Positions 7,158 to 16,644 are shown, numbered from the stretch's first letter. The stretch is 20,628 nt of DNA from an uncultured archaeon (GCA_964388035.1 CAYLZE010000095.1:1-20628); one strand, 5' to 3'. Notes: generated by a model from the sequence alone, not told the origin. Made by a program: numbers and translations.

Positions 7158-8526
7158 TTGACATATAATCACTTAAAAATTCCGGAAAACGGTATTCCCC
7201 ATGAGGAACTCCTTAACATTCTGGAAGGTGAAATGAAACAAAATGATATAATACCGTATAATGGACATGCATTTGGTTTGTGCTATCTTGCGGGAAAAGA
7301 ACATTCAGAGGTAATAAAAAAACGTTTTTTCTTCGTACATGCTCTCTAATGCACTAAATCCCATGGCTTATCCTTCATTGAGAATAATGGAAACCGAAGT
7401 GATTTCTATGACAGCTTGGATGTTAAATGGAAATAAAAAAGCTACGGGCTCCATGACATCGGGTGGAACTGAAAGTATATTGATGGCTGTGAAAACGCAT
7501 CGTGATTGGGCAAGAGATAAAAAAGGAATTCAAAGTCCAGAAATGATACTTCCATCTTCAGTACATCCCGCCTTTATCAAAGCCGCACATTATTTTGATG
7601 TAAAGCCAATTTATATACCAATTCGAGAAGATTTTAGAGTGGACACTGCTAAAGTTGAAGAGAAGATAAATGAAAATACTATTCTGCTCGTGGGTTCAGC
7701 ACCTTGCTATCCTTATGGAGTCATTGATCCCATTGAAGAACTAGCACGATTAGCAAAAGAACATAATGTTGGTTGTCATATAGATGCTTGCTTGGGAGGA
7801 TATTTCTTACCATGGGTTGAACGCTTAGGTTATAACCTTACATCAAAATGGGATTTCCGTGTCCCTGGTGTGACTTCTATATCCGCAGATTTACATAAAT
7901 ATGGATATGCTGCTAAACCTGCTTCTGTAATCATGTATGAAAATGAAAAATTAAGAAAATATCAATTCTACATATATTCGGATTGGTGTGGAGGGATTTA
8001 TGGCTCTCCCACTGCTTCAGGAACACGTTCTGGAGGGGCTATTGCAGCAGCCTGGGCATCAATGAATGCATTAGGGCAAAATGGATACTTGGAAACCACT
8101 AAGGATACCATGGAGACTGCTCTTAAAATAATGAATGGAATTAATGCCATAGATGGGCTCCATGTTATGGGAAAACCCGAAATGTCAGTATATGCTTGGA
8201 CATTAGATAAAGATATTAATCTAGATTTTTTCAAACTCATTGATTTAATGGAAAATAAAGGAGGTTGGATGATTAATCGAATGCAAAATCCTCCCGCCGC
8301 TCATCACATGACTAGCCGCGTGCACATGCCTATTATTGACGAATTTTTATCTGATTTGAAATGGGCCCTAGAAAAACTCAAGACCATGCCCTCTTCAGAA
8401 AGTATAAAAGGTCAAGCGGCCATGTATGGCATGATGGGAACCATTGAGGACAAAGGAAAGTTAGATGACATAGTATTGCGTATACTTTTAAATCAATATT
8501 CTTATTCCCCCCGAAAAAAAAAATAA
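7158..8526 (+). CDS. Sphingosine-1-phosphate lyase-like PLP-dependent enzyme (group II decarboxylase fold), split by a +1 frameshift at ~7316-7330
   Basis: NALNPMAYPSL, TSGGTESILMAVK, HPAFIKAAHYF, LVGSAPCYPYGVIDPI, HIDACLGG, DFRVPGVTSISADLHKYGY (PLP lysine), GGIYGSPT and AAMYGM motifs. Removing one A from A7 joins ORFs 7158-7349 and 7339-8526 into ~455 aa (..EVIKNVFSSYMLSNALNP..). May be a pseudogene or a sequencing error. Confidence 0.85.
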
Positions 8527-8613
8527 TTCCTTCCTCCTCAAGCTATTTATACTTTAACGTTATAAGATCATATAATTAACATTTTGTTTTAATCAAGAGG
8601 ATATTAAAAAATC

Positions 8614-10035
8614 ATGACAGATCCTACAAAGCCCTCAATGGATATGGATAAGAGCCCTTCAGCTAAAACTCATTCTTTAAAAACAATTCTCTCATATTGT
8701 TGCGGAAATAGCACGATGGAAATCTATAACGCCATGTTCGGAACATACGTGTTCTTTTTTTATGAAACGGAAGTTGGTTTATACATCTGGCTCATAACTC
8801 TAGGTTTCGTCATTTATAGTCTCTGGAATTCGATAAATGACCCATTATTAGGATATCTTTTTGATCGTCCAAATCGTTTATGGAAACGATGGGGAAAAAG
8901 ATTTCCTCTCATGGTAATTGCGGCATTGCCTTGGTTCTTTTCAATGTACTTAATATTATCACCTCCGGCATTAGATCCCGTACAAAATGCCTTGCTTATC
9001 TTTTTTTGGATGGTAATTTTCACGTGTTCCTTCGATACATTCTTTTCCATGTTTCAAAATAATCATTTCTCCTTATTTCCCGATAAATTTAGAAATGATA
9101 CTGATCGGCGAAAAGCGGGAAGTCTTGGGTGGGCGATAGGTGTGTTAGGGACGGCGATTGGCTCCGTCATTCCCCCTTTATTGATCACCTACGGTAATAA
9201 ATCTTCCTATTCCTTCATGGGTTTAGTAATAGCTTTTATCGCAATAGGAGTATTTGTGTTAGCCATTCCCGGTATACGGGAAAGCAAAGAAATGATTAAT
9301 AGATACATTAAAGTTGATGTCCATAAGAAAAAAGAGTCTTTTTTTAAAACCATGAAAAAAGCGGTAAAACAACGAAATTTCATTACCTTAGTCACACTTA
9401 CATTTCTAGGTGATGTAGTCTTCACCTGCGCGTTAGCTTCCATCAATTATTATGTTAAATACTCTATTCAAAAAGAATCCAGCTTTGCCACTATTTTACT
9501 TGCATGTACCCTGCTTGGCTCCGTGTTGTCCGTACCTCTTTTTCTTAAACTAATGCAAAAATTGAATGATAACAGAAAGGCGCATATCGTTGGAGCGTTG
9601 TTATTAATCATTTTTCTCATGCCGCTCTTCTTTTTTTGGGACGTTACTTCATTATTAGTTGCGGGTGCTTTATTCGGAATCGGAATCGCAGGTTTTAAAA
9701 CGCCGAGATTCCCTACCATGTCCGATGCCTTGGATGAGACCATCATTAAAACGGGAGAGCATCAAGAATCCATTTATATGGGCGTTCAAACATTTTTCCA
9801 AAGGTTTAGCTTAATAATTCAAGCAGTAATATTTGCTGTGATACATGAAACCACTGGATTTGACCCTGCTTTAGAGCAACAATCACCTTTGGCACTTATA
9901 GGTCTTCGATTACAAGCTTCCCTTATTCCTGCCATTATCTTGTTGGTTGGATTAATCGTATTCATCAAATTTTATGATTTAAAACCAGATAAAACAATCA
10001 TGAATAAGAATAAAATCATAGAAATGGGATTATAA
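8614..10035 (+). CDS. MFS transporter, glycoside-pentoside-hexuronide (GPH/MelB/MFS_2) family
   Basis: WNSINDPLLGYLFDR, WGKRFP, ~12 hydrophobic helices, SDALDE...GEHQESIYMG, TGFDP...Q and C-terminal IPAI...Y.L motifs. Confidence 0.92.
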   Translation: MTDPTKPSMDMDKSPSAKTHSLKTILSYCCGNSTMEIYNAMFGTYVFFFYETEVGLYIWLITLGFVIYSLWNSINDPLLGYLFDRPNRLWKRWGKRFPLMVIAALPWFFSMYLILSPPALDPVQNALLIFFWMVIFTCSFDTFFSMFQNNHFSLFPDKFRNDTDRRKAGSLGWAIGVLGTAIGSVIPPLLITYGNKSSYSFMGLVIAFIAIGVFVLAIPGIRESKEMINRYIKVDVHKKKESFFKTMKKAVKQRNFITLVTLTFLGDVVFTCALASINYYVKYSIQKESSFATILLACTLLGSVLSVPLFLKLMQKLNDNRKAHIVGALLLIIFLMPLFFFWDVTSLLVAGALFGIGIAGFKTPRFPTMSDALDETIIKTGEHQESIYMGVQTFFQRFSLIIQAVIFAVIHETTGFDPALEQQSPLALIGLRLQASLIPAIILLVGLIVFIKFYDLKPDKTIMNKNKIIEMGL

Positions 10036-10079
10036 ATTTAAATAAAAAATTTGTCTTATTTTTTTTCCATATTTATACT

Positions 10080-11303
10080 TTATTTTAAGTAATGTAATGC
10101 AGATATAGCAAACATCTTAGTTACATTTATTAAATCTTTTATATAAACAAATTCGTCGGCTGCGTGAAGATTATTCTCGCCTCGGGAGGTTCCTATTAAT
10201 ATAGTCTCTATCCCTCTGTTTTGAAACCAATGAGCATCAGATCCTGGCATAAATAGCCTAAATTCTCTTTTTTCCCCATATACCACATCAGTAGCTTTAA
10301 TTACGGAACGTGCAAATTCTGAAGTTTCATCAATTACGTAAGGATTATAAGATATTGGTATTTGAACCGTAATATCTAAATCTTCATCTTCTTGTTTCAG
10401 AATTTCCACATGTTCTAAGATCTGATTTTTCAATTTATCAATATCATGTTCTGGTATCACGTTAAAACTAACATGGAGTAGACACTTCCCAGGTACAGTG
10501 GTAATTTTATTTCCACCGTGTATCTCAGCAATATTAATACTACTAACTGATTTCGTGTAACCTTTGGGGAGGGGATATTTGGTTTCTTTCTTCAATAAAT
10601 CTTGCTTTAATTTAATTAAAAAATCTAAAATTTTATACATTTTTTCAATGGAATTTATTCCCGATGCTTCGGTTCGATAGGGAGGGGGCAAATCAGGATA
10701 TCCACCTCCATGTGCTTGTTTTCCTTTTATAATAAAAGTGACATACATTGTACCACCGGAATATCCAAGAGGATTGTCAGCGGGCCCATCTCCCATGAGG
10801 CATGCATCTCCATTGATGATACCCTTTTCTAGCAAATAATCGCTTCCTTGTAGCCCGCCTGTTTCCTCATCAATAACTGCTAACAAGATCAATTTTCCTT
10901 TTAAAGGTATCTTAAGATCCATTAATGCTTTAGCAGCAAATAATTCAGCTGTAATACAAGATTTATCATCTGAGGACCCTCTACCATAAATTCTACCATC
11001 AATTAACTCGCCACCAAAAGGATCCTTAGTCCACTGATCTCTAAAAGCGGGGACCGTATCCAAGTGTCCATATAATAATAATTTCTTGCCATTTTCACTA
11101 CCCATCTCTCCAATAACATTATTTCTTTTAACTAGTGTTCTTAAACCTAATTGTTTGAATTTTTTCTCTGTAAATTTACTTATTTCGTAATAATTACGGG
11201 GTGGAGTTTCGGAAGGAATTTTAATTATTTCTTGATGGAATTTAATTATTTCTTCTTTCAATGAATCAATTCTATTAAGAATTTTTTGTTCAATATCATT
11301 CAT
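10080..11303 (-). CDS. M20 family metallopeptidase/amidohydrolase (ArgE/DapE-like)
   Basis: GHLDTVP, WTKDPFGG, IYGRGSSDDK, DEETGG, GKQAHG, GSDA and HAADE metal-binding motifs. Confidence 0.92.
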   Translation of the reverse strand: MNDIEQKILNRIDSLKEEIIKFHQEIIKIPSETPPRNYYEISKFTEKKFKQLGLRTLVKRNNVIGEMGSENGKKLLLYGHLDTVPAFRDQWTKDPFGGELIDGRIYGRGSSDDKSCITAELFAAKALMDLKIPLKGKLILLAVIDEETGGLQGSDYLLEKGIINGDACLMGDGPADNPLGYSGGTMYVTFIIKGKQAHGGGYPDLPPPYRTEASGINSIEKMYKILDFLIKLKQDLLKKETKYPLPKGYTKSVSSINIAEIHGGNKITTVPGKCLLHVSFNVIPEHDIDKLKNQILEHVEILKQEDEDLDITVQIPISYNPYVIDETSEFARSVIKATDVVYGEKREFRLFMPGSDAHWFQNRGIETILIGTSRGENNLHAADEFVYIKDLINVTKMFAISALHYLK

Positions 11304-11606
11304 TTGTTTTAATATCCTTTTTGTTATCTTATTTTTTCTAAGATTTTAAAAGATATAATTATAATAATATTAAATTGAGTGTATCTTAAATTTAAATTAA
11401 TTTAAAGTGCATAAATTTCAAACTTTAGGATTAATTAATATTTTTATACAATTTTTAGTGAGATAAAATCCCATGCTATTATTATTGCTAAGTATTAAGT
11501 GAAAATACCTTTTTCCCAACCTAAATTTTTAATTATTTTTCCGGAATGAATAAAACATTTAGGAGTTAAAGCGAAATAGGTTTTAAGATGCATGAATTAA
11601 TTTTAT

Positions 11607-12668
11607 TCAATCTATCATGGATTCTCTTTTCTCAAAAGAGTGTTTAGCTTTTTTCTCATATATACAGCGCCACACGAAGTTTTCCAAGATATTTTCACCG
11701 ATCATTCTGGTTCTTGCCACAATTCTTTCATCAAAGAGATTGGGATTGAAATAATAACCATGGTGTGTTTCGGGGTGAAATTGGATGGAATAAATAGGTC
11801 TATTAACATGACGCATGTACTGAATTATTTTATAATCCTTTGTTTTAGAGGTTGAGATAATGTTAAAATTTTCCATTAGTTTTGAATCATTAGGATGGAT
11901 GAAATCCCGATGATGCGTATTGACGACAATGTTTTTTTTGTTAATAATTTCATCCGTTTCATTTAACTTGATAAAAATAATATTTCCATCTAACCCAGGA
12001 ATTCTCATCCTACATATTTGAGCACCGAATGCATATGCGATGAGCTGATGTCCAAAACATATTCCAAGAATGGGAGGAGTACCTTGATTTAAAATTAAAT
12101 TGATTTCGGGTTCGAATTTCTTTTTTAATTTATAATTAAAGTAGAAATCAGATACATTATAACTCGATCCAGACAATATATAGCCCGAGCTATGTTCTAA
12201 ATTTTTGTCATTCAGATCACTAAAGTGAATAGTCTCAACTGTTATGTCCGCAATCATTGAATTTAAGATAGTTTCTAATCGAATGATTCTATCTGTGGGA
12301 AATCCGATGGGGTAATTATCAATAATAATTATCTTTTTTTTCTTTTCTTCGGATTTTTCTGTTTGTTCTTCGCCAAATTGTTCTATTTCTTCAACGTGGT
12401 ATTCTATTTCTTCAATTATTTGCTCTTTTATTTCAATTTCTTCTCGAATAGAAAAATGCACAAAAACTTCTTGCTCTTCATTAACCTTTTCTGCTTTTTC
12501 ATTGTCATTTTCTTTTTGATCATGATCTTCTCCATTAGCATTATTTAAAGGTTCCAACTCTTTCTCATTTGTTCGCTCTGATAAGACTTTATGATTTTCG
12601 TTGGAATTTTTCAAGTCATTTTCTTGTTCGTTTAGGTCATCCTTTTCTTCTTTCATTTCTAAATTCAA
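11607..12668 (-). CDS. Class I glutamine amidotransferase / gamma-glutamyl hydrolase-like protein with a ~110-aa acidic N-terminal extension
   Basis: IIIIDNY, ILSGS, PILGICFGHQLIA (nucleophile Cys), HRD and IQFHPE (His-Glu) motifs; start is TTG 12668 or ATG 12656. Confidence 0.88.
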   Translation of the reverse strand: MNLEMKEEKDDLNEQENDLKNSNENHKVLSERTNEKELEPLNNANGEDHDQKENDNEKAEKVNEEQEVFVHFSIREEIEIKEQIIEEIEYHVEEIEQFGEEQTEKSEEKKKKIIIIDNYPIGFPTDRIIRLETILNSMIADITVETIHFSDLNDKNLEHSSGYILSGSSYNVSDFYFNYKLKKKFEPEINLILNQGTPPILGICFGHQLIAYAFGAQICRMRIPGLDGNIIFIKLNETDEIINKKNIVVNTHHRDFIHPNDSKLMENFNIISTSKTKDYKIIQYMRHVNRPIYSIQFHPETHHGYYFNPNLFDERIVARTRMIGENILENFVWRCIYEKKAKHSFEKRESMID

Positions 12669-12709
12669 ATTATCTTTAATATAGTACTTTTTTTATATGT
12701 ATATTAACC

Positions 12710-14170
12710 TTAAAATCCAAAGTTTCCAAATAAGCGATCTAAAAGATTTTCATTTTCCGTATGCACTCTAAGTACCCGGTCATTTTCATTTAAAGGAATG
12801 CTAATATTCTGAACGTTAAGCAAATTCACGATGCTAATGTCATTAAATTTAGTTACTAATCCCTCCTTTTCTTCATAAGCTAATTCATATTTTGCTGATA
12901 AGGAACCTTCAATTTGAGAATTGCCTCGCACTTTATATCGATTACCGCTTTGATCTGATATAGTTCTTGAATCCTTTAATTCAACTAATGCATAATTTCG
13001 TCCTTGTTGCCGTAATTTTTCTATTTTTCTTGTTCGATAGTTAATATTTAATTCTTTTTGTTTAATTTCGGTCTTCAGTTTAGGTATGGGCAGATTTTTG
13101 ATTTGCAGGTTTAGATATTTCAAGTATGGAGAAATTTCCTCAATCCATCGGGTTACACTTTTTTCAAGCGTTTCTTCTCCCTCCCTTCTTTTTAACTTTA
13201 AATCATGTCCAAGGGCAATGGCATTATTCAAATTAATTTCGTGATAAGGATCCTTCTCTATTTCACCAATCGCATTTAAATATATCGCATGTAAACTCGA
13301 AGCACAGCATAAGTGAGTTATATCTAGTAGATCTTGAATATCCTCTTGTACATCTATGACACGTATTTCCACCCGATTTCTTGAAGGCAATTCGTCTTTA
13401 TCCTCTCCGATATTAGTAAAAGGGCCTCGCGGAGTAATATCTACCAATCTGTCGCCACGGGAATTAGTAATGACTTTTTTTGAAAATTCATCCTCTCCCG
13501 CACCTATTTTAAGCTGATAACGCATGCGACCATAATAGCGCATCGGAATCAGCGCAGGACGATTTTCGGGAATTTCTATTGTTGCAAATCCACTTAGTTT
13601 TAGAACGGTACTATTTGCACACCTATTACTTGCAATATTATTGATACTTCCTTTATATATTGGAGAATTTGCTGTAGTACCTATGATTTCAGGTAGATAA
13701 TTCCATAAGTAATTTTGAACTGCTTTTAACTCTTCCGCTCTCATTAAACTTCCTTTTTTCTGAACGGATACATTAATATGCGTTCCTACAATGGGATGGG
13801 GATCGGACTGAATCGGATGGAGACTTTGGGCCAGAATTTTTGTTCCATATTTTTTAGCGGCATGAATTAATAATTGACGACCTGCTTTTACTGCATCTTC
13901 TATCATATCGGGTTTTAATGGTAAAGTAACATATTCAATTTGACTCGGTGATGGTTCTGCATCCAAACTCCAGATTTTAAATCGCAAGGAATCTAAAAGA
14001 TCTTGATTTTTTTCGATTAATTCTGCAGCTTTCATCATGAGCTCATTAGCGGCGTCCACTAAGGTACCATCGTCATTAATAATCAGCATTTCTTCTTCTA
14101 TGCCACAGAGAACTTGATATTCTTCGAAATTGTCTTTTTCATTATTTTTTGTTTTTTGATGAAATAGCAT
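12710..14170 (-). CDS. Glutamate-cysteine ligase family 2 (GCS2/YbdK-like) carboxylate-amine ligase with C-terminal extension
   Basis: GIEEEMLI, SQIEYVT, SLHP, GTHINVS, LPEIIGTTANSP, SNR, DITPR and VEIRVID match YbdK-family motifs in order; ~130 extra C-terminal residues. Confidence 0.82.
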   Translation of the reverse strand: MLFHQKTKNNEKDNFEEYQVLCGIEEEMLIINDDGTLVDAANELMMKAAELIEKNQDLLDSLRFKIWSLDAEPSPSQIEYVTLPLKPDMIEDAVKAGRQLLIHAAKKYGTKILAQSLHPIQSDPHPIVGTHINVSVQKKGSLMRAEELKAVQNYLWNYLPEIIGTTANSPIYKGSINNIASNRCANSTVLKLSGFATIEIPENRPALIPMRYYGRMRYQLKIGAGEDEFSKKVITNSRGDRLVDITPRGPFTNIGEDKDELPSRNRVEIRVIDVQEDIQDLLDITHLCCASSLHAIYLNAIGEIEKDPYHEINLNNAIALGHDLKLKRREGEETLEKSVTRWIEEISPYLKYLNLQIKNLPIPKLKTEIKQKELNINYRTRKIEKLRQQGRNYALVELKDSRTISDQSGNRYKVRGNSQIEGSLSAKYELAYEEKEGLVTKFNDISIVNLLNVQNISIPLNENDRVLRVHTENENLLDRLFGNFGF

Positions 14171-14276
14171 GAGTGTTATTCATTCACCATTTATTAATAT
14201 TTAATAATATAATACTCCTAATAATTAAAAAATTGCATGTAATAACTATAAATTCTTAACCTAAAGCAAATTTCAT

Positions 14277-14435
14277 TTATTTTAGTGGTTTAAATGCATC
14301 ATGTTGTTGGATAAATTCAAGTAATTCCAGACATAATTCATCTCTTTTCTTTAGAATCTCTCTTGGATCTTGTTTATCATAATAATAAAACCTTTTGCCG
14401 GATTAACTCCTAAATGATCATTTTTAACACCAATG
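14277..14435 (-). pseudogene. Relic of the 3' end of a 3-hydroxyacyl-CoA dehydrogenase gene
   Basis: With one frameshift the minus strand reads VKNDHLGV(K)SGKRFYYYDKQDPREILKKRDELCLELLEFIQQHDAFKPLK*, matching the G-x-LG-x-KSGKGFY-x-Y ... RD..L C-terminal signature; no 5' part is present. Confidence 0.65.
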
Positions 14436-14672
14436 TTTTATACCTCGTTTAAATTCAAAAAATCCCTTTAAATGAATTATATTAATTACACATTCACTTA
14501 TAGATTTATGTCATTTACATGAGAATACCTCGAGTTAATGAAATGATAGCTGAGCAGGAAAAATCGATGAAAATCTAAAAAAAAAGATTTATTAAGTATA
14601 AATAACGAAAAAAAATAACTTGCTAATAAATTTAAAAGATTCTATTAAAATTAAGTAAGGTTTAAGACTGAA

Positions 14673-16394
14673 ATGTTATATCCGCAAAGAAATAAGTTTC
14701 GACAGTTTATAGATTTATCTGGTTTTTGGGACTTTAAATTTGATCCCGATGATATCGGCAATATTGAACAGTGGAGTCAAAATCTTGATAATAGTCAGCC
14801 CATCGCTGTTCCTGCTAGTTGGAATGACCAATTTTCTGATCATCGCGATTATATGGGGCCAGCATGGTATAAAACTAAATTTGATATTCCTTGGGGGTGG
14901 ATGGGAAGTCAAATCTTTTTACGATTTGGTTCTGTGAATTATTACGCGGATGCTTGGCTGAATGGCAAAAAGCTTGGCTCCCATGAAGGGGGGCATCTTC
15001 CATTCGAATTTGATGTGACATCATATCTTAAAGAATTCAATAACCAACTTGTTGTACGCGTGGATAATAGGCTTTCAAAATTTCAAGTTCCACCTAGTGG
15101 GGGTCCTCAAAATTATCCCAGAACTAATTATGATTTTTTTCCATATTGTGGAATTCAGCGACCTGTCCTCTTATATTCCATTCCAAAAGGCGGAATTAAA
15201 GATGTATTTGTCACTCCCTCCATAGAGAATGAGAAAGGCATTATTAAGGTCAAGATTGAGGTAATGAGTGATGAATTTGAAACGGTTATCTTTACTCTTG
15301 AAGGATTTGGAATGGAAATTAAGGAAACGATCATGATGGAGGGTAATATCGGTGAAGCTATTATGAGTGTACCTAATGCTAAATTTTGGACACCCGATGA
15401 ACCTAATTTATATGATTTAACAATAACTCTTTTGAAAAACGAGGAAATTCTAGACTCCTACACTATTAAGGTTGGAATTCGCACTTTCACTACGGAGGGA
15501 GATAAATTATTGTTAAATGGAAAACCAATTTACTTGCGTGGATTTGGACGTCATGAGGATTTTCCAGTGGTTGGAAAAGGGTATCTTCCTGCTTTAATAA
15601 TTAAGGATTATTCATTATTGAAATGGATAGGGGCCAATTCTTTCCGTACTTCGCATTATCCTTATTCCGAACAGATGATGGATTTGGCAGATAAATTGGG
15701 TGTTTTAGTAATTGATGAGACTCCCGCGGTTGGTTTAACATTCGATAATACTGTAATAGATCAACATCTCGCCATGTGTGAACAATACGTTGAAGAGCTT
15801 GTCAAAAGAGATAGAAATCATCCCAGCGTAATAATGTGGAGCCTAGCTAATGAACCTCATAGAAGTGGGAAAGCAAAAGATTTCTTTAAAACATTATATG
15901 ATAAAGTAAAAAAAATGGATTCTACTAGACCAATTACCGTTGTAAGTATGATCGGGACCAGTGAAAAAGCTTTCGACTTCTGCGAGGTGGTCTGCATGAA
16001 TCGATACAATGGATGGTATACTGAGTCCGGTGAAATAGATAAAGGAATAGAGTATCTTTCTTCTGAATTGGATAAAATTCATGCAAAGTATCCAAAACCC
16101 ATGATTTTATCAGAATTTGGAACGGATACCCTTCCGGGGGCTCATTCACAACCCTCTGAAATGTTTAGCGAAGAATATCAGGTGGAGTTTATCAAGAAAT
16201 ACATTAGAATGATTAGAGATAAAAACTACATTCAAGGAGAACATATCTGGAACCTGTGCGATTTTAAAACCCCTCAAGGAATAATTAGAGTAAAAGGATA
16301 TAATTATAAAGGGGTCTTTACAAGAGATCGCAAGCCAAAAATGGCCGCCCATCTCCTTAGAAAAATTTGGAAAGGAGAAGATATCTTCTCTTGA
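14673..16394 (+). CDS. uidA: Beta-glucuronidase, glycoside hydrolase family 2
   Basis: VPASWND, HEGGHLPFEFDVT, DFFPYCGIQRPV, GFGRHED, GANSFRTSHYPY, WSLANEP (acid/base), SEFG (nucleophile) and the GUS-specific N-x-K motif NYKGVFTRDRKPKMAAH. Confidence 0.93.
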   Translation: MLYPQRNKFRQFIDLSGFWDFKFDPDDIGNIEQWSQNLDNSQPIAVPASWNDQFSDHRDYMGPAWYKTKFDIPWGWMGSQIFLRFGSVNYYADAWLNGKKLGSHEGGHLPFEFDVTSYLKEFNNQLVVRVDNRLSKFQVPPSGGPQNYPRTNYDFFPYCGIQRPVLLYSIPKGGIKDVFVTPSIENEKGIIKVKIEVMSDEFETVIFTLEGFGMEIKETIMMEGNIGEAIMSVPNAKFWTPDEPNLYDLTITLLKNEEILDSYTIKVGIRTFTTEGDKLLLNGKPIYLRGFGRHEDFPVVGKGYLPALIIKDYSLLKWIGANSFRTSHYPYSEQMMDLADKLGVLVIDETPAVGLTFDNTVIDQHLAMCEQYVEELVKRDRNHPSVIMWSLANEPHRSGKAKDFFKTLYDKVKKMDSTRPITVVSMIGTSEKAFDFCEVVCMNRYNGWYTESGEIDKGIEYLSSELDKIHAKYPKPMILSEFGTDTLPGAHSQPSEMFSEEYQVEFIKKYIRMIRDKNYIQGEHIWNLCDFKTPQGIIRVKGYNYKGVFTRDRKPKMAAHLLRKIWKGEDIFS

Positions 16395-16449
16395 AGTATT
16401 TTAAAAAAAATTTTCATTTTCCTCATTTTTACGTTTACTTTTTTGTTTA

Positions 16450-16644
16450 AGCAAGCTTAAAACGGAAAGTAATATAATTTTTAAAGTAAAAACGGCAAAA
16501 GCATTAATTGAGGAAATTCCAACCAATGATAAAGAATTCATGATAATACAAAAAGCTAAACATGAGGAATTTCCTAAAAATGGTTGGATCCCCACTTCAA
16601 GACAATTAATTAAAAATTGGATGTTTTTCAGATACCTTTATTAG
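16450..16644 (+). pseudogene. Possible relic of an alpha/beta-hydrolase C-terminus
   Basis: Start-less open frame reading ..TAKALIEEIPTNDKEFMIIQKAKHEEFPKNGWIPTSRQLIKNW..*, resembling the 'DK......g..H......e.......I..W' tail of lysophospholipase-like hydrolases. Confidence 0.4.

Noticed and set aside
51-16595. Remaining short ORFs in the track that overlap assigned genes on the opposite strand or in another frame (e.g. 51-251, 1295-1519, 1635-1964, 2801-3103, 7998-8240, 8814-9746 set, 11640-11855, 14715-14937, 15894-16352, 16401-16595)
   Set aside because: No motifs, and each is explained as an antisense or frame shadow of a better-supported gene or relic
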